Below, in pieces: positions 1 through 8,635 of a stretch of 23,513 nucleotides of DNA. The stretch lies in the IMG/VR virus record IMGVR_UViG_2690315815_000002; one strand, given 5' to 3'. This stretch comes from a virus. Taxonomy: Duplodnaviria; Heunggongvirae; Uroviricota; Caudoviricetes. Each line of letters opens with the position of its first letter. Position 1 is the stretch's first letter. The position numbers and the translations under genes are program-made. The notes beneath the pieces are model-generated. The model saw nothing but the letters and a program-made list of their open reading frames with translations, made no database searches and was not told where the DNA came from.

Positions 1-324
1 TCATCTGCCGGGGTGATAATCAGGCGCGTGGGTGTTGTAATTGGCACCAATCACATCAAGGTCATTACCGGCGGCACAGGCCAGCATCACCGCCCGTGCG
101 GCCTCATTCACACGCTGACGCCAGATAAGCTCACGATAAGCATTTTCCTCCAGCAGTTTGACGAGAGGCTCAGATTCCAGTGTCAGGGTACGGGCGACCG
201 CCTCCTGCTGGTCTTCCGGGTAAAGGGAAATCAGTGTCGCCTTGCGTTCGGCAAGAATGGTTTCAAAGTCCAGCTCCTCGACCACATCCGGTGCGGGTAG
301 CTGGTTCAGGTCGATAATCGGCAT
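1..324 (-). pseudogene. J: baseplate assembly protein J (gpJ), N-terminal part; frame broken near nt 30 so the ORF stops at 1-3 while another frame continues past the window edge
   Basis: ORF 1..324 begins MPIIDLNQLPAPDVVEELDFE, which I recognise as the P2 gpJ N-terminus; after GANYNT it hits a stop, whereas the adjacent frame reads on as TRLIITPADD without a stop. Confidence 0.8.
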
Positions 325-328
325 GGTT

Positions 329-675
329 TCAACTCACAGGGATGGTTAACGAAAGTGGCTGGCCGGTGTCGTTGTGCTGGCCGGTTAACGTGACCGTCAT
401 TCGCCCGTCAAAACTGCGCTCAGTGGTGACGGATGACAGGGTGACGCGGGGTTCCCATTTCAGCACCGCCATGTAACAGGCGACCTTAATCTGCAACTCA
501 AGCGCGGGGTCTGCGGCTGGTCAATCATTGACGCCAGCAACGAGCCGTAATCACGACGCATCACCCGTGAGCCGACCGGTGTGCGCAGGATATCGCCGAT
601 ACTCTGGCTGATATGCTCAAGGTCAGTGACAGTCAGGCCATCACTGCGATTCATTCCGAGATAACGCGCTGTCAT
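329..675 (-). pseudogene. W: baseplate assembly protein W (gpW), frameshifted near nt 505
   Basis: ORF 460..675 matches P2 gpW through ...MIDQPQTP then diverges (RLSCRLRS...*); the adjacent frame continues ALELQIKVACYMAVLKWEPRVTLS...LTIPVS to a stop at 329-331. Confidence 0.85.
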
Positions 676-1302
676 AAAGGACTCCCGGTTGTGCCGCCGC
701 TGTCGCCGGGGTGTTTATGGGTATGCAGTACCTTACCGTTTGATGAGAGTTCACCGCCGGTGTGTTCAATGTTGCCGCGCATCGTCCCGCCCTTCTGCAC
801 TTCCAGCGTGCCGGTGATCAGCTTGTTTGTGCAGACCACCTCCGGCGTGTCCAGAGTGATGCGGGTTGATGCTTTCACCATGACCACCGGCACCGTGGCA
901 GTAACAGAATCAGAAGCCGTCACGCTGGCCGTTTTAATTCCGCTTACCGTAAGCGCACTGGTTTCGGGTTCATACTCAATCACCGCCCCGTCAGGGAAAC
1001 GGATATGCAGGGCATCCGCCGACGCAGACGGCGCAGGGTTATCGCCGGAATAAATCCCCGGCAGAACGAACGCCGTGTCGAGTTCACCCCACGGCCAGAA
1101 TCAGCACCTGTTCCCCCACGGAAGGTGCCCACCATGTGCGCGAACCGGCGCGATGGGTCAGCCACTGAAGCCAGTCGGTGCACATGCCGCCGGTCTGCAC
1201 ACGGCAGCGACCGGCGTTAAGGTCGGTTTCAACGATAATGCCGGTACGAATCATGTTGCGCAGTGCGCGCGCGAGTTCCTGAATATTTGCGAGAGTGTCC
1301 AT
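672..1302 (-). pseudogene. V: baseplate spike/puncturing protein V (gpV), frameshifted near nt 1086-1090
   Basis: N-terminal part (MDTLANIQELARAL...VLILAVG) is in ORF 1084..1362; C-terminal part (GELDTAFVLPGIY...VIEYEPETS...GSPL) is in the frame of ORF 672..983; the two frames meet at a C-run at 1087-1090. Confidence 0.85.
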
Positions 1303-1621
1303 GCATGTGAGATTGCACAATATATAAAAAGTTATGCTATCTGGATTCATTTGTAGAACCACCAGACAACATTCAAGGAGAGCGTAATGTCAGCTATAAT
1401 GTGACTAATGTGTGGGAAGCTAATCGTTTTGTATCTTTTGGTCTTTGCAGTATTAGCATTTTTTAGCTTTGGTAAAAGTAACCTTATGAGGGCTTATTGC
1501 ACATTATTTCAAATTTGGATATTCAGACAAAAAATTAAAAAGACTGGACCGCGAGTGGCGCGACATTCAACTATTTAAAATACTTAACGGAATCAATGTA
1601 TCAGGCATCGAAGATGTGAGA

Positions 1622-1942
1622 ATGATACAGCAGGGGCTGATTGATGGAAAACTAAAAACATCGGATTTTTTCCTTACTCGCTTCTGGGGAGACATAACAG
1701 AACCGCCATGCATCACAAAAACAATGAGTGCAGTCCTGGCCGGAATTCTTTATATTATCTTCGCATGTTGCATACACAACGAGCAATCTGCCATAGTAGA
1801 GGATGCCATAGCCATACCATATAAAAATATGATGTACCATGTTTATAATGACAAGGTTCTTTTGTTCTCCGACAATAAAACAGATAAGTTCTATAAGCTT
1901 TTAGCATTGCCGATTGCAAGAGACTGCAGAACACTTTTGTAA
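1622..1942 (+). CDS. hypothetical protein in the V-S insert; start and integrity uncertain
   Basis: ORF 1616..1942 (108 aa) in the track; no clear RBS; the same frame upstream is open and protein-like, suggesting a disrupted longer gene. Confidence 0.25.
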   Translation: MIQQGLIDGKLKTSDFFLTRFWGDITEPPCITKTMSAVLAGILYIIFACCIHNEQSAIVEDAIAIPYKNMMYHVYNDKVLLFSDNKTDKFYKLLALPIARDCRTLL

Positions 1943-2003
1943 CAGACACACTTCCTGCAATCGCCTGCAATAAGCTCTTACAGCTAAACGAGGAGGACTC
2001 CGA

Positions 2004-2172
2004 ATGGTTAAGTCAGGAGATTAAAGATAATAACAGCCACAGAAAAACATTATTAATAATATCCCTAATCTATTTCATTTCAGGTCTATTTATATTCCTG
2101 TCATACACAAAATTCCTTTACGCCAATAAGAAGGTTTTAGAATACAAAGCATCAAATAAAAACCACTCATAA
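2004..2172 (+). pseudogene. small single-TM membrane protein (about 56 aa if repaired), frameshifted after codon 6
   Basis: Strong SD AGGAGGA at 1991-1997, ATG at 2004, then stop after MVKSGD; the +1 frame continues IKDNNSHRKTLLIISLIYFISGLFIFLSYTKFLYANKKVLEYKASNKNHS to a stop at 2170-2172. Confidence 0.4.
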
Positions 2173-2241
2173 ACCTCTAAACATTGCGACCAGCACGGCC
2201 GCTCAATGTTTAATTGCGCATCAGCCTCTGCCTGGATAAAA

Positions 2242-2693
2242 CTAACGCTCAAGGTGAGCCAGGATAATCTCTTCAATCATCTGCACATCCTCACCGGTAA
2301 AGCCGAGCAGAGGACGCGCCGGATAATCAGTTTTCTTACCGTCTTTCCGGGTTTCTTCCGACAGACCGAACTGATGCACACTGGCAATTTCGGCGACTTC
2401 CCGCCGTAAAACTCCATTGATGCCTGTTCCGGGCTGGCGCGGATATGCAAAAAACGACTGGTGATAAGTTTCGCAAACATTTTTCGCTTAACACGACCGG
2501 TCTTTTTTCTGGCGCTCTGCTGCTGGCGTGGCACGTAGGGTGTGCCGTCCGGGGCTTTCTGTGCCATCACCCGACGCTGCTGACTCTGACGCAGACGTTT
2601 CGCCAGTTCGGCGCTCAGTCGCCGACGCCCTGACGGTGACAGCGATTCAGTCAGTCCGGTCAGCCGGTCTTCAAAACGCTTAAACTCATTCAT
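2242..2693 (-). pseudogene. S: tail completion protein S (gpS), frameshifted near nt 2388-2390
   Basis: ORF 2277..2693 matches P2 gpS through ...MEFYGGKSPK then diverges; the adjacent frame reads IASVHQFGLSEETRKDGKKTDYPARPLLGFTGEDVQMIEEIILAHLER to a stop at 2242-2244; the frames meet at a TTT run. Confidence 0.85.
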
Positions 2694-3153
2694 CCCACTT
2701 GCTCACCAGTTCGCCATTGATATACAGCTCCATCGGGCGGGTAACCGGCTCCGGCGGCGGAGGTTCCGGGATATTCTTCACATGTAGCGCGCCTTCCACC
2801 TCACTGACCAGCGTGCGCTCGGTCAGCATCAGGCTGATGCTGATATCAAAGCTGCTGTCATTGTTGATGTCTGCATAAAACGTGAAGCCCTTTTTCTGGC
2901 CTTCGTCGGTGGTCATGATGTCTGGCTGATTTTCCCGCAGCCACGCCAGCACCGGCACAATGAGCAGGTCAAAATCACCGGTAAAGTCGGTCACAATCAC
3001 ATTGAGCGTGTAACGCTTTTCGAATGACATAGACGTCGCCAGTGTGGAGGCAATACTCCCGTTATCCACGAATATCCGCAGCATCTCGGGACTGGTTTTC
3101 AGCACCGTGACGGCGTCAGTCAGCGCCCTGCGCAGGCTGTCGGGTTTGAGCAT
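2686..3153 (-). CDS. R: tail completion protein R (gpR)
   Basis: 155-aa ORF recognisable as P2 gpR; start overlaps the S start region as in P2. Confidence 0.9.
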   Translation of the reverse strand: MLKPDSLRRALTDAVTVLKTSPEMLRIFVDNGSIASTLATSMSFEKRYTLNVIVTDFTGDFDLLIVPVLAWLRENQPDIMTTDEGQKKGFTFYADINNDSSFDISISLMLTERTLVSEVEGALHVKNIPEPPPPEPVTRPMELYINGELVSKWDE

Positions 3154-3406
3154 CGTTTTCGTCCTGACAGTGTTTAATCATTTTTACCTGGCTGGCACAG
3201 CGTGCCAGCGCGTTCTCAAGCTGCCGGATATCAGCACTTAAATCGCCGTTCGTCTGCGGGTCACTGCCCGGCATCGGGCAAAGGCTCACTTTCGGGCAGG
3301 CGTTGGCGACAATCACTGGCGTCGGTGCAGGCCGGACGCTGGTGCAACCGGCGCACAACATCAGGCAGGTCAGCGCCGTACCAGCGGCGAAAATCTTCGT
3401 TTTCAT
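3116..3406 (-). CDS. lysC: LysC, Rz1-like outer-membrane lipoprotein spanin
   Basis: Internal start MKTKIFAAGTALTCLMLCAGC (signal peptide plus lipobox Cys) inside ORF 3116..3523, overlapping the 3' end of lysB in another frame. Confidence 0.75.
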   Translation of the reverse strand: MKTKIFAAGTALTCLMLCAGCTSVRPAPTPVIVANACPKVSLCPMPGSDPQTNGDLSADIRQLENALARCASQVKMIKHCQDENDAQTRQPAQGAD

Positions 3407-3686
3407 TGAGTAACCTCGTGATGGTTTTCTCGCGCTGTGCTTCACGCTTCGCGGCGTTCTCCAGTTCCTGACGCAGTACCACCTGCGCCAGCTCGTTTTT
3501 GTCTGCTCTGGTGAGGGCAACATGAAGCTGATTTTTCAGCATGGTGATAGTCGTCTGCTGCCCGCTGGCGACGTTGTTCGCCCTGTCCAGCGAGGCGCGC
3601 AGGCTGGCATTTTTATGTTTCACCAGAAACAGCCCCGCCACCGCCAGCGATAACAACACAACCAGTACAATCATCAGCTTTGACAT
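3261..3686 (-). CDS. lysB: LysB, Rz-like inner-membrane spanin
   Basis: 141-aa ORF with N-terminal TM helix (MSKLMIVLVVLLSLAVAGLFLV) and coiled-coil-like remainder; P2 LysB position. Confidence 0.88.
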   Translation of the reverse strand: MSKLMIVLVVLLSLAVAGLFLVKHKNASLRASLDRANNVASGQQTTITMLKNQLHVALTRADKNELAQVVLRQELENAAKREAQREKTITRLLNENEDFRRWYGADLPDVVRRLHQRPACTDASDCRQRLPESEPLPDAGQ

Positions 3687-4099
3687 GGTTCCCGCCCCTC
3701 AAAACGCTGACGGCAGGCCGTACGTATCAGCCGGAAGAACACCGACGCCACGAGGTAAATCAGCGCAGTAAAAATCCACCCGGCAGCGACCAGCGAGATA
3801 AACGTCGCCACCATCACCACCAGAGCCGCCGCCCGTCTGCGCCACGGCACCGGCTGCAAAAACAGCGACGTGACAATCTTCACGGCCAGCGATTCCGGCG
3901 GCAGCTCCCGCCCGTAGCGTTCCAGCACATACTCCGTGGCATACACGCCGACACCACCGGCAACCACACAGATAACCGTCGCCAGAATCGCCCAGGTGGC
4001 GACAAAACTGACGGCCACGCTCTGCGGGTAAATCAGGGACAGTGCCAGCATCAGCGCCAGCGACACGTTCAGCATCAGTGAAAGGGATAATTTCTTCAT
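3674..4099 (-). CDS. lysA: LysA, lysis-timing membrane protein
   Basis: 141-aa multi-TM ORF at the P2 LysA position. Confidence 0.85.
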   Translation of the reverse strand: MKKLSLSLMLNVSLALMLALSLIYPQSVAVSFVATWAILATVICVVAGGVGVYATEYVLERYGRELPPESLAVKIVTSLFLQPVPWRRRAAALVVMVATFISLVAAGWIFTALIYLVASVFFRLIRTACRQRFEGREPCQS

Positions 4100-4113
4100 G
4101 GTGTTTACTCCGT

Positions 4114-4611
4114 TTAAGCCGGTACGCCGCCGGCGGTACGCCAGACGGTGACCAGTTTTTCCAGTGAATGCTCACGCTGACCGTAACCGGCACCCGGCAG
4201 GGACGCCCAGATATTGCGACAGCGTGAAATGGCGCGCTCAATGCGTCCCGCCCGGATGTCATCCAGTGCACCGCGTTCGCGGATCAACTGAATGGCGAGC
4301 CTGTCCTGTGACAACGGACTGAAATCCGGCAGGGCAAGCTGTTTGCGGTAGTGCGGCCAGAACAGGTAAAGCTGCTGATAGCGACCGGAGGCCGTGGATT
4401 TTTCACCGCGACGGTTAAACACCTTCGCCGGTCGGCCATGCGCGAACGGGTGGTCACTGTAGTCGGTGAAAATTTCCGGCTTTCCGTCCAGTCCGGTGAC
4501 TATCACGTCATAGCCCCGGTTTTTCGTCAGCGGATGATTCGCCGTCCCTTCGGACACGGCCAGCATGTCGAGAAAGGCGGCGATATTCTGATGCGTGTTA
4601 ATTACCGGCAT
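4114..4611 (-). CDS. K: endolysin (P2 gpK, lysozyme)
   Basis: 165-aa ORF recognisable as P2 gpK. Confidence 0.9.
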   Translation of the reverse strand: MPVINTHQNIAAFLDMLAVSEGTANHPLTKNRGYDVIVTGLDGKPEIFTDYSDHPFAHGRPAKVFNRRGEKSTASGRYQQLYLFWPHYRKQLALPDFSPLSQDRLAIQLIRERGALDDIRAGRIERAISRCRNIWASLPGAGYGQREHSLEKLVTVWRTAGGVPA

Positions 4612-4892
4612 TACGGTTTCCCCCTGCCCTTAAAGCGGCGCTGAATGGCAATCTCAATCACCTGATAACCGGCGATACCCAGCATGGAACCGATGCCGCA
4701 CACCGCAGGCAGTGACAGGTCAGGAAACTGCACCAGAACAACACCGGCAACCATCGAGACAAAACCGCCGAGCAACATGCGCCCGATAAACAGACGCGGG
4801 GTGATGGGTTCACCACCGGCAAGCACCTTGCCGACAACAATCAGCACCCCAATCATGAAAAGCGACAGGACGCTTTTTTCTTCTGCTGTCAT
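4611..4892 (-). CDS. Y: holin (P2 gpY)
   Basis: 93-aa ORF with TM segments; stop/start overlap with K. Confidence 0.9.
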   Translation of the reverse strand: MTAEEKSVLSLFMIGVLIVVGKVLAGGEPITPRLFIGRMLLGGFVSMVAGVVLVQFPDLSLPAVCGIGSMLGIAGYQVIEIAIQRRFKGRGKP

Positions 4893-4895
4893 GCG

Positions 4896-5099
4896 TTACT
4901 CCCACAGATTGACAGTTTCAGCCACGGGCGCGGTCTGAACGTCGGGCAGTTCGACGGCGGTGCCGTGTGGCAGCACCGCACCCAGTTCAGCCAGTCCCGG
5001 ATTTGCGGCGAGCACGGTCTCAACCACGCCCTCAGTGCGCCCGTAATACCGGACACAAATGGCGTCGAGCGTGTCACCCTGTAGCGCAAAGGTCTTCAT
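4896..5099 (-). CDS. X: tail protein X (gpX)
   Basis: Internal start MKTFALQGDTLDAICVRYYGRTEG in ORF 4896..5168 gives the 67-aa P2 gpX; start overlaps the L stop. Confidence 0.85.
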   Translation of the reverse strand: MKTFALQGDTLDAICVRYYGRTEGVVETVLAANPGLAELGAVLPHGTAVELPDVQTAPVAETVNLWE

Positions 5100-5608
5100 C
5101 AGATTTGACTCACGATGCAGCGCGGCTTGTCCTGGATACGCGCCACCGCCCAGCGCATATCCCGCCACAGTTCATCAATGGTGCTGTCAATGCTGTCGGC
5201 CTTCTTGTCGCCTTTCGCACTGGCATCCACGCCGCGATAACGCTCATAAAGCGACGCGGTCGCCATCGCACACACGGCGCGCTCGTAGTAAAAAACTTTG
5301 ATGCTTTCACCGTCGATGTCGTCCGCCGGAACGTCCGCCAGACGCGTAAAACCGGCGGCAATTTTCTGTTCGCGGTACTCGTACAGCTCCGCATTCGTCT
5401 CCGCCATGCCTGACTTGATGGCCTCACGCAGACGGGCGGGGGCGACGGTCTGCTCAAGGCGCATACGTTCCCGGACGCGCTTCGGGTCGATATCGGGAAA
5501 AAAGAACGTGTTTTTAATCACCGGCTCGTCGCCTGCCGGTTGCGGGATGACCACCGTACCCTCACCGGACACGGGAGCCTCCTTTCGCGGAATAATCAGC
5601 GTCATCAT
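5099..5608 (-). CDS. L: head completion/stabilisation protein L (gpL)
   Basis: Start at MMTLIIPRKEAP within ORF 5099..5668 gives 169 aa, the P2 gpL length. Confidence 0.88.
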   Translation of the reverse strand: MMTLIIPRKEAPVSGEGTVVIPQPAGDEPVIKNTFFFPDIDPKRVRERMRLEQTVAPARLREAIKSGMAETNAELYEYREQKIAAGFTRLADVPADDIDGESIKVFYYERAVCAMATASLYERYRGVDASAKGDKKADSIDSTIDELWRDMRWAVARIQDKPRCIVSQI

Positions 5609-5707
5609 GACTACCTCTGAAAAGTCGGGCGGTGGACGCCGGTGCAGTGTCAGGTGATTCACCCTCACTGACCGGCGTGCCGCCCTGGCGCGGGGCGCAT
5701 TCGGTTG

Positions 5708-6451
5708 TTAACTGGCTTTCTTTTTCGGGCGTCCACGTTTTGCCGGTGTCACGCTCCGGGTCTTACGCGGGGCGCGGGTGACCGCTTTGGGCTGCGGCTC
5801 CGGCTTCGGTTTCAGCTCCCGCTCCAGTCGTTCAATCTCTTTTTTGACGCCTGCCTGACAGTCGAGCTGTGTCGCACGTTGCAGGTGAGCCAGCGCACCG
5901 GCGGCATCACCAGCGTCACGCAGAAACAGACCGGTGATTTTGTGCAGCTTTGCGCGCACTTCATCAGGCATGTCAGCCGTGGCGGTCAGTTCAAGGGTCT
6001 CCGTCAGCAGGCGGATATCCACAGATTCACCGGCAGCGTGGGCACGCATGGCCGCGAGTGCGACCTCCTCGGTGAACATGTACGGCGGGGTGCGGCGGTG
6101 TTTACCCGGCATGGTCAGACCGTACTTCAGGGCATAACGGGCAATCTCCAGCGCACCGGCAATATCGCCGGTATCCAGACGCCACAGCATGACCGTCATC
6201 AGAATGTCATCCTGTGCACCTTTGCCCTGCTCCAGCACACCGTTCACCCACGGCAACCAGAACGGCAGCAGTTCGCGCTTTTTCGCGGCCTTAAGCTCTT
6301 TTGAATAAATCGCTTTCAGTGTGCGCTGGTCTGCGGCCAGCTTGACCAGCATCTGCTCATAGACAGTTGCATGTCGCAGCGGGGCGGCTTCCCGCTGCGC
6401 GGTCATCGCTGCCGAGACCCGCATCATGTGGCGCTGTGCGGGACTCGTCAT
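5708..6451 (-). CDS. M: terminase endonuclease (small) subunit M (gpM)
   Basis: 247-aa ORF recognisable as P2 gpM, basic C-terminal tail. Confidence 0.9.
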   Translation of the reverse strand: MTSPAQRHMMRVSAAMTAQREAAPLRHATVYEQMLVKLAADQRTLKAIYSKELKAAKKRELLPFWLPWVNGVLEQGKGAQDDILMTVMLWRLDTGDIAGALEIARYALKYGLTMPGKHRRTPPYMFTEEVALAAMRAHAAGESVDIRLLTETLELTATADMPDEVRAKLHKITGLFLRDAGDAAGALAHLQRATQLDCQAGVKKEIERLERELKPKPEPQPKAVTRAPRKTRSVTPAKRGRPKKKAS

Positions 6452-6454
6452 CGG

Positions 6455-7528
6455 TTACGCTCCCGGCTCTGCGGTCGCCTTAGCCGGTGTGGAGAAATCA
6501 CCGACCTTGATTTTTTCCACCAGACAACCGGCGGCGTAGTCTTCCACCACGTAATCAATGTTCATTGACTCGTAGTTCTCCACGCGGTCGAGTTTCGGGT
6601 TTTCCACAATCACGCGGCGATGGCTGTCATCCATGTAGTAGATAGACAGGTTTTCCAGCTTCGTGATGAGCATCGCATCCGCCGGGAAGTACGGGACGCG
6701 TACCGCTGGCAGGTTACCGATGCGTTTCTGGCTGATGATGACGTCAGCAGCCAGCATTTCGCTGTTATCCTGCTCCCTGTTGACGATGGGGAAATACTTG
6801 TCCGCCAGTAGCTGACGCCCCACAATCACCACAAGGTCAGGGTCTTCCTGATACCACGGCTCAATCAGGTTGTTGGTCGCATCCATCACCAGTGCATCGA
6901 GGCTGGCATAATCACCGCCCTTACCCACGCGGATGACCTCAGAGGTGGTGCTGCCTTCCTCGTCAGTGACCTTGCTCATCACGCGAGCCGGGGCTTCATT
7001 GCGGTATTTCTGCAGCCAGCCGACCGCCACATCCTGCAGCATCGGATTGCTGCTGCGGTCAGAGGTTTCGGCACGCTTCACGCCGTTAAAACCGGCCATG
7101 ATGAAATCAAGGGACTGGCGTTTGATAATGGCGTTACGGATACGGAGCTGGAAATCCTGATAACGCGCCCACAGGTCCAGCGTTTTGTAGCGGATATAAA
7201 AATCGAAGTTAATCTGGTCGCATTCGTACTTGTTTGACGCCAGCTTCGAGAAGTCCTTCGGCTGACGCTCGGTGCCACCGGCGGTGTCGGTGGTGCTGGC
7301 GATGGAGCCGGTGACACCAATACCAATTTTTTCCCCTTTCATTTCGCTGACCGGCACAATGTTGATGCGGGTCAGAAAGTCAGAGGACTCCTGCATGGTG
7401 TTCATCAGGGTCTGGGTGACCGACGGTTCAACAGTGAATTTTTTCGACACATCACCGGCATCAATGCCGTTCAGTTCGGCAACACGGGACAGGTAAGCAT
7501 TAAATTTAAAGCGGGTTTCCTGGCGCAT
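6455..7528 (-). CDS. N: major capsid protein N (gpN)
   Basis: 357-aa ORF recognisable as P2 gpN. Confidence 0.92.
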   Translation of the reverse strand: MRQETRFKFNAYLSRVAELNGIDAGDVSKKFTVEPSVTQTLMNTMQESSDFLTRINIVPVSEMKGEKIGIGVTGSIASTTDTAGGTERQPKDFSKLASNKYECDQINFDFYIRYKTLDLWARYQDFQLRIRNAIIKRQSLDFIMAGFNGVKRAETSDRSSNPMLQDVAVGWLQKYRNEAPARVMSKVTDEEGSTTSEVIRVGKGGDYASLDALVMDATNNLIEPWYQEDPDLVVIVGRQLLADKYFPIVNREQDNSEMLAADVIISQKRIGNLPAVRVPYFPADAMLITKLENLSIYYMDDSHRRVIVENPKLDRVENYESMNIDYVVEDYAAGCLVEKIKVGDFSTPAKATAEPGA

Positions 7529-7586
7529 AGTTTTTCCTGAAATTAAGGGTTAATCGTGAAGGTTTTCCCGGACTGACTGACGCCGG

Positions 7587-8441
7587 TCAGCAGTTCGTCA
7601 TCAGGCCGTCACCGCCACCACCGGTGGCCTTGCTGCGGCGCTGCTGGGTCAGACTTTCGGTGTGGTCGAGACTGTTTTTCAGGCGGGTGAATGCCTGGCT
7701 GGTTTCATCCGCCCTGTCAGTCACCGCCTGCTTAAGTGCGGAAAAGGCGGTTTCCATCTCAGCGAGGCGCTGCTCAGTGGCGCTCAGTTTTTCCTGCACA
7801 TGTTCAGCAACAGCGGTCACCGCTTCATGCACGTCATTCAGACGGGCGTCATCGCTGGCCTGTTTGCGGCCAAAAATGGATTTCACCTTTTCGGTCAGGG
7901 CGGTGAACACGGTTTCAGGCAGGTCTTCAAATTCCAGCTCAACGGGCGTTGCCACTGAAATCAGGTTTTCAGGGCTTAATTTGAAGCGGTTCAGAGGGTT
8001 GTGTTTTGCCGTGCGGCAGAATTCCAGGTATTCCGTGCCGAGGCTTGCCGGGTCATCGGTGACGGCCAGCCCCACCAGATAACATTTGCCGGTGTTGGCA
8101 AAGTTCGGCTGAATTTCCATTGAGGTGTAGACCTTCTGCGCGGCCTTGTTCATCGCGATAAGGTCATCGGTCGGGGTGATTTTCGCAAACAGCGCCCATT
8201 TGCCTTTCAGCGCCGAATCATCGTCAATCTTTTCGGCCTTCAGTTCGACCACATCGCCATAACGCTTAAAAATACCGTCAGGCAGGATGCCGCGCAGATG
8301 TTCCAGGTTAATGCGGCAACCATAGACTCGCGGGTCAAAGGTTTCGGCCATTTCCTGAATATCCTGCGCACTGATGACACGCCCGTCACAGGTGTCACCC
8401 TCAACGCCGATACGAAAGAATTTTGAGACTTTTTTTGCCAT
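7587..8441 (-). CDS. O: capsid scaffolding protein O (gpO); native upstream region replaced by an IS end
   Basis: Start at MAKKVSKFFRIGVEGDT within ORF 7587..8468 gives 284 aa, the P2 gpO length; start codon lies inside the IS target duplication. Confidence 0.88.
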   Translation of the reverse strand: MAKKVSKFFRIGVEGDTCDGRVISAQDIQEMAETFDPRVYGCRINLEHLRGILPDGIFKRYGDVVELKAEKIDDDSALKGKWALFAKITPTDDLIAMNKAAQKVYTSMEIQPNFANTGKCYLVGLAVTDDPASLGTEYLEFCRTAKHNPLNRFKLSPENLISVATPVELEFEDLPETVFTALTEKVKSIFGRKQASDDARLNDVHEAVTAVAEHVQEKLSATEQRLAEMETAFSALKQAVTDRADETSQAFTRLKNSLDHTESLTQQRRSKATGGGGDGLMTNC

Positions 8442-8442
8442 T
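8438..8442. repeat. target site duplication CCATT (left copy)
   Basis: CCATT immediately outside the left IS terminus; identical copy at 11024-11028. Confidence 0.75.
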
Positions 8443-8635
8443 TGCGTATTTTCATGAAAGGAGATCACTCAATAACTTCCATCGAGATCGGGTAATAACA
8501 TTTGAACAGATCGCTGAATAACATCGATGGAGATCACTTTTGACTCATTTTGTTATTCAGTGATCTCCATCAATGTTATTGGAACTTCACAGGTGTGTTG
8601 ATCTGTATCTTTTGCCATTCCGGTAAAGGATACCT

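Larger units (their letters stand above)
1303..2241. other. AT-rich accessory insert between V and S (position of P2 orf30)
   Basis: Visibly AT-rich stretch between two conserved tail genes; its ORFs run on the opposite strand to the flanking tail operon. Confidence 0.6.

Noticed and set aside
980-1220. Short ORFs (980..1183 minus, 1005..1220 plus) around the V frameshift
   Set aside because: Artefacts of the broken V reading frame; the V protein sequence is accounted for by the two annotated frame segments.
1352-1368. TGT-N11-ACA dyad about 55 bp upstream of the V start, resembling an Ogr-type late-promoter element
   Set aside because: The P2 late-promoter consensus as I recall it is TGT-N12-ACA; the spacing here is 11, so it was not called as a feature.
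3699-4271. 190-aa ORF on the minus strand overlapping lysA and K
   Set aside because: Out of frame with two recognisable P2 genes that fully account for the region; Gly/Arg-rich low-complexity translation.
5705-6304. 199-aa ORF on the plus strand
   Set aside because: Antisense to terminase small subunit gene M; Arg/Gly-rich translation with no RBS.
8451-8582. Dense direct and inverted GGAGATCAC-type repeats that could be mistaken for a CRISPR-like or iteron array
   Set aside because: They lie within the left end of the IS21-family element and have matching copies at the right end; multiple subterminal repeats of this kind are usual at IS21-family ends.
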